Positions 58,873 to 64,000 of a stretch of DNA of 64,000 bases are shown here, piece by piece; position 1 is the first letter of the stretch; each line of letters opens with the position of its first letter. The notes below the pieces were generated by a model. The model had not been told where the DNA came from, did not search any database, and worked only from the letters and a program-made list of their open reading frames with translations. The DNA is from the human T2T-CHM13v2.0 reference genome, Homo sapiens: NCBI RefSeq assembly GCF_009914755.1, contig NC_060944.1. The stretch is one strand, 5' to 3'. A program made the position numbers and the translations under genes.

Positions 58873-59159
58873 CTTTTAAAAAAATGATTGGGGCTTATAG
58901 AATATAAATCAAAGAAAATATTTAATAGGGAAAACCAAAGACTTCAATTTGTGTGTTGCTAATGGGCCTGTTGCAAGAGCTATTTATTATTACTCTTTCA
59001 AAAATAGTTTATCCTGAAATTAGTGACTTCCACTGACTTAAGTAAAATAGGAGCTTTTGGCTTCCATGCCCTGTGTATTATAATCAAGGCCCTCAGACCT
59101 TTCAGGTGCCTTCATTATAACAATTCTCATCACTTTAGTAGGGTATGTTAGTTCTATTC

Positions 59160-60194
<1,035 letters not shown>

Positions 60195-60334
60195 TTAAAT
60201 TTATTTTTTTTTTAAAGAGCACTTTTAAAAACAGAATGTTTAGCTTTTCTCAGCATTTGTGCCTTTGGCAAACATGTCAGAGGCAGCTGACTTATATAAT
60301 AGAACAGTCTCCCAACAATAAATTCTCATCAGGA

Positions 60335-60575
60335 GGCAGTCAGAATTAAAAGAGTGAGTTTTGATGCTATAATCCTGGATCTTCTACTTCCTAGCATTGG
60401 AAACTTGGGCAACCGAACTCTGTGCCATTTTATTATGTGAAATGGGTATTTTTTTATTAAATAGTTATGCCACAGAGATTTTTTGTGAAGATTAAATGTT
60501 TAGTATATATACAGTCCAAAAACCTGTAATTGGCACATGGTAAATAGTTAATAAACATGCGTCGTTGTTATTGTT
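60335..60575 (+). mobile_element. MIR
   Basis: cttgggcaa...ctctgtgcc...tgtgaagattaaatg...tggcacatggtaa. Confidence 0.6.
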
Positions 60576-60712
60576 ACAATGCCCTATCTTTTCCCAAAGC
60601 ACTACTACAGATTCTATTTGAAATTGAGCCATTACCTTCTGGTATGTTGAGGCAGAAGAAAGGCAAAGAATAACTGCTGCAGCTCTTAGACTCTTTGTTT
60701 TCCTGTTATTGA

Positions 60713-61003
<291 letters not shown>

Positions 61004-61224
61004 TAAAGCCTCCTAAGGTAGAAAGTCCCAGTGGTCACAATTAAGTCCAAAGGCTGTTAATCATCTTTGCAATTTCAGAGGCTAAAATTTGGCTGTTTAT
61101 TCATGAATAATTGGCATCAGGTGAATTAATTCATGCTAACCAAATTCTAAGGAAACTGTCTCGTGAAAGGAAATATCAAGGTATTTGTCTTGTCCTCTTT
61201 AGCACTCTTACTCCTAATTTCTTG

Positions 61225-61600
61225 CATTTTATTTTTGTGAAATATCCATAAAGAATACAGACAACTTATTTCTATGCTTTAACTAATGGCTATAAAGTAT
61301 GCATCCATGTAACTACCATCTAAATCGAGAAATAGAAACTTGGGGAGTACCTGAAACACTTCCATGTATCCATTCCCATCAGAATGTCCCATTTACCCTC
61401 AGAGGTGACTACCATCCTGACTATTACAGTGGTCCCTACTTTGCGCTTCTTTAGAGCACAAAGTACAAATTTATATGCAGCCCTAAATGATGTAGCTTCA
61501 CCAATTTTTTTCACTTGTAAATTGATTCACACTATAGTATACATTATTTTATGACTTGCTTTTTTCACTCCACATTGTTTAGAAGGTTCATTAATATTGT
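61225..61600 (-). mobile_element. Old L1ME 3' fragment
   Basis: catccatgtaactaccatc...cagaggtgactaccatcctgact...gacttgcttttttcactc. Confidence 0.6.
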
Positions 61601-61706
61601 TTCAGATAACTCTAGATTTGTTGGCTTTCTTTATCATGATGATAGTATTAATTATTACTGTTAATTATTATATAAGATTCCATTCTGTGTTGCTATCTTT
61701 TGGAAT

Positions 61707-62040
61707 GTTGACGTCTATCAGTCAAAGACCCCTAGGAACATACCTATGGTCAAGTTGGGTTTGTTTGCTCATACAACAAAGGAGAACACATGTTGTAGGG
61801 AGCTGGAGCGTCTCAGTAAAAGTTTATTAGAGAGGACTTACAGGACTTGGGCTTATAGTAGGTGATTTGGGGGACGGTTCAAAGGAGAAGGGTTTTGCAA
61901 TGGATTGGGTGCTGTCAGGAGGCACAAACAATCCTATGAGAGGGTATCTTAGTAAATCCTATCTAGGAAGCAGGACTAAAGCTGTTACTGATAAAGATGC
62001 ATCAGCCATTCTTGTTAGTGAGAAATGAGGTGCATTTGGT
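61707..62040 (-). mobile_element. Probable old ERV LTR fragment (family uncertain)
   Basis: tcaagttgggtttg...aggtgatttggggg...ggattgggtgctgtcagg resembles reversed LTR sequence. Confidence 0.4.
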
Positions 62041-63798
62041 CTCTCTCTTTTTCCACCCTTAGCTCTATTTTGCACCACAAGGGGCCACACATTCATGTGT
62101 ATGGACACCCAAGCCCAAATATCTAAAGTCTGTCCACATGTCCTGCAAAGAGCCTTCCCCAGGGGGTAGGGGCCATTGGAGTAGGGGAAATCTGGGGTCC
62201 TAGGTACTTGGAGAGTGACTGGAGAAAGAAGTTGTGGGCTTCAGGGAACATGTTCTCTCCGCTGACTCCGGCTTTCTCACCCCTTTAAATGGGAATCAGA
62301 AGAGAAGGGCCAGAGGACAACCTCTCGCACTAGGTCCCAAGGCATAAGCCCTGTTGCCTGGGATACCTGGGTCTCAGGGAAGTGTCACTAACTCTTATCT
62401 GAAGCAACCAAGGAAACAGAGTCCAAGTAAGTAATTAAGGTGAGTGGAGACAAGGCCATTGAACATGGGAGATCAGAGTACTGAGAAGCAAGAATATGGG
62501 ATGAATTCAATGTTAATATCACCAAGGTTAGTGACGAAGCTTTGGATGAAGAAACTGTGTGCCACTTGCCAACTCTTTTCTGAATAAGGGTGGCTCAGTA
62601 GATGGCAGAAGTGAAGAAGAGGTAAAAACTCTTTTGGCTGCCTCATGGGAACTAGGATTTTTTTTTAAAGAAGATTGAAAGGTAGTGTTTTAGAAGTAGC
62701 ATTGAGAGCAAAAAGATCCCAAACCCCAGCTTCTTAATGTGAAACACTTGAGATGTGAGAAAATAAACAGTGATCACTGAAGAAAGCAGCTAACAAGAAG
62801 CAAGATTTTCAAGGGACAGCCAAGTTTCTGTTTAGACAAAAGGATTTTTCTGATTGAAGTTGCTGTATTAGACAATAATAAAAATGTTTTCAGCAGTAAT
62901 ATCATTCACACCTAAAAATATGTGTATTATGTTGTGCCTAAGGAATACGACTTTTCATTTATGCAACTTAGCCTACAATGCAATAATTAGAGAAAATAGC
63001 ACCCTTCACTTAAATTTTACAACAAAGTTTAATACAGGGTTGACATTAATTCTGATCAAAATCTTTAAAAGCTGTGTCTGTTCCTGAAATTGAGCATGAT
63101 TATGACCCTTGCATTTTCTTAAGTGGAAAATCAATGTTTAATTCATTTCCATAGTCCCACTTCTTCCCTCTCAGACCTTGCTATGGTCCTTTGTCAACTA
63201 CCTAAGATGCAGTCTAACAGTTGGGCTCTTTAAGAAAAAGTGGAGACAGGTTACCCCCATGTGGAACCAGTGCAGCTTGGGCTCATCTGTCTGTTGATGG
63301 ATGATGATGCTCCTGGAATGGCAGACAGCACGCCCTGATGGAGCTGAGAGCTGGTGGCACCGCACACTGCCCATCCGCCAGGAAGACCTGCCCCACTCCC
63401 TCCCCAGGCCACTGCCCTGTCTACCCTCCAGAGACATTGTGAGAAGCAATTGTTATTTTCTTAATAATTTAAAATCCTCCAAGTTCTCTGAGTTCCTTGT
63501 GGGAGAATAAACACCAAGCACATCCTAAGGCATATTTATTTTATGTGGAGCATTTGCTTCTTGGCCTCTGCCTGCCATTGAGTCAACTTGGAGTGACTCT
63601 CCTTGTGCACTCGATCATAGAAGTGGTTCTTCAATTACATCTGTAATCCCAGAGTCACGGGCTGATTGAACATCTCTTTCTGGGCTCTGGAAGCATGGCT
63701 TCTCAACCACGTCCATACACTTGCCAGTGGGTGAGAGGCTTAAAGACTAAAATCTAACCCAGAATGCTGCTTTCTCTCTCTGCCTGCTGGAGTTGGGA

Positions 63799-64000
63799 GT
63801 GGGGAGGTGACCAGGATGGCTAAAGACAGGAGTGAATTCATCATCCCAGTTGGTTTTTCCAGCTATTCCTCCTGCTAATGCACATAGCAGGATAGACAGT
63901 TCTGGCTGAGATGTGGGGAGGTGACCAGGTTGGCTAAAGACAGGAGTGAATTCATCATCCCAGTTGGTTTTTCCAGCTATTCCTCCTGCTAATGCACATA
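63799..64000 (+). repeat. 114-bp tandem repeat running off the window end
   Basis: Copy 1 starts 63799 and copy 2 starts 63913; one mismatch in the 88 bp visible. Confidence 0.95.

Overview
Human (or very close hominid) genomic DNA from inside PLCB1 (phospholipase C beta-1), gene on the + strand. Seven canonical GT-AG coding exons (8005-8084, 9803-9856, 11273-11348, 19082-19182, 20436-20602, 47790-47936, 60789-60946; exons 5-11 by recalled numbering) splice into one open frame of 783 nt / 261 aa. This covers the end of the PH domain, the EF-hands and the start of the catalytic X-box, including both catalytic histidines. The rest is intron rich in mobile elements, and nearly all ORF-track entries are spurious. 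I see no previously undescribed multi-gene system. The most notable sequence-level features are: (1) a sense-oriented SVA about 760 bp upstream of exon 5 that carries a 5'-transduced AluY fragment inside its 15-bp target-site duplication; (2) an apparently undiverged AluYd8 with a perfect 14-bp TSD, probably a polymorphic insertion; (3) a 1.65-kb almost pure A/T tandem array with an internal strand-switch hairpin; (4) a candidate cryptic terminal or poison exon in intron 7; (5) inverted Alus flanking the frame-symmetric catalytic exon 10; and (6) several small template-switch and duplication scars. Repeat subfamily names and exon numbers come from memory of consensus sequences, not from a database search.
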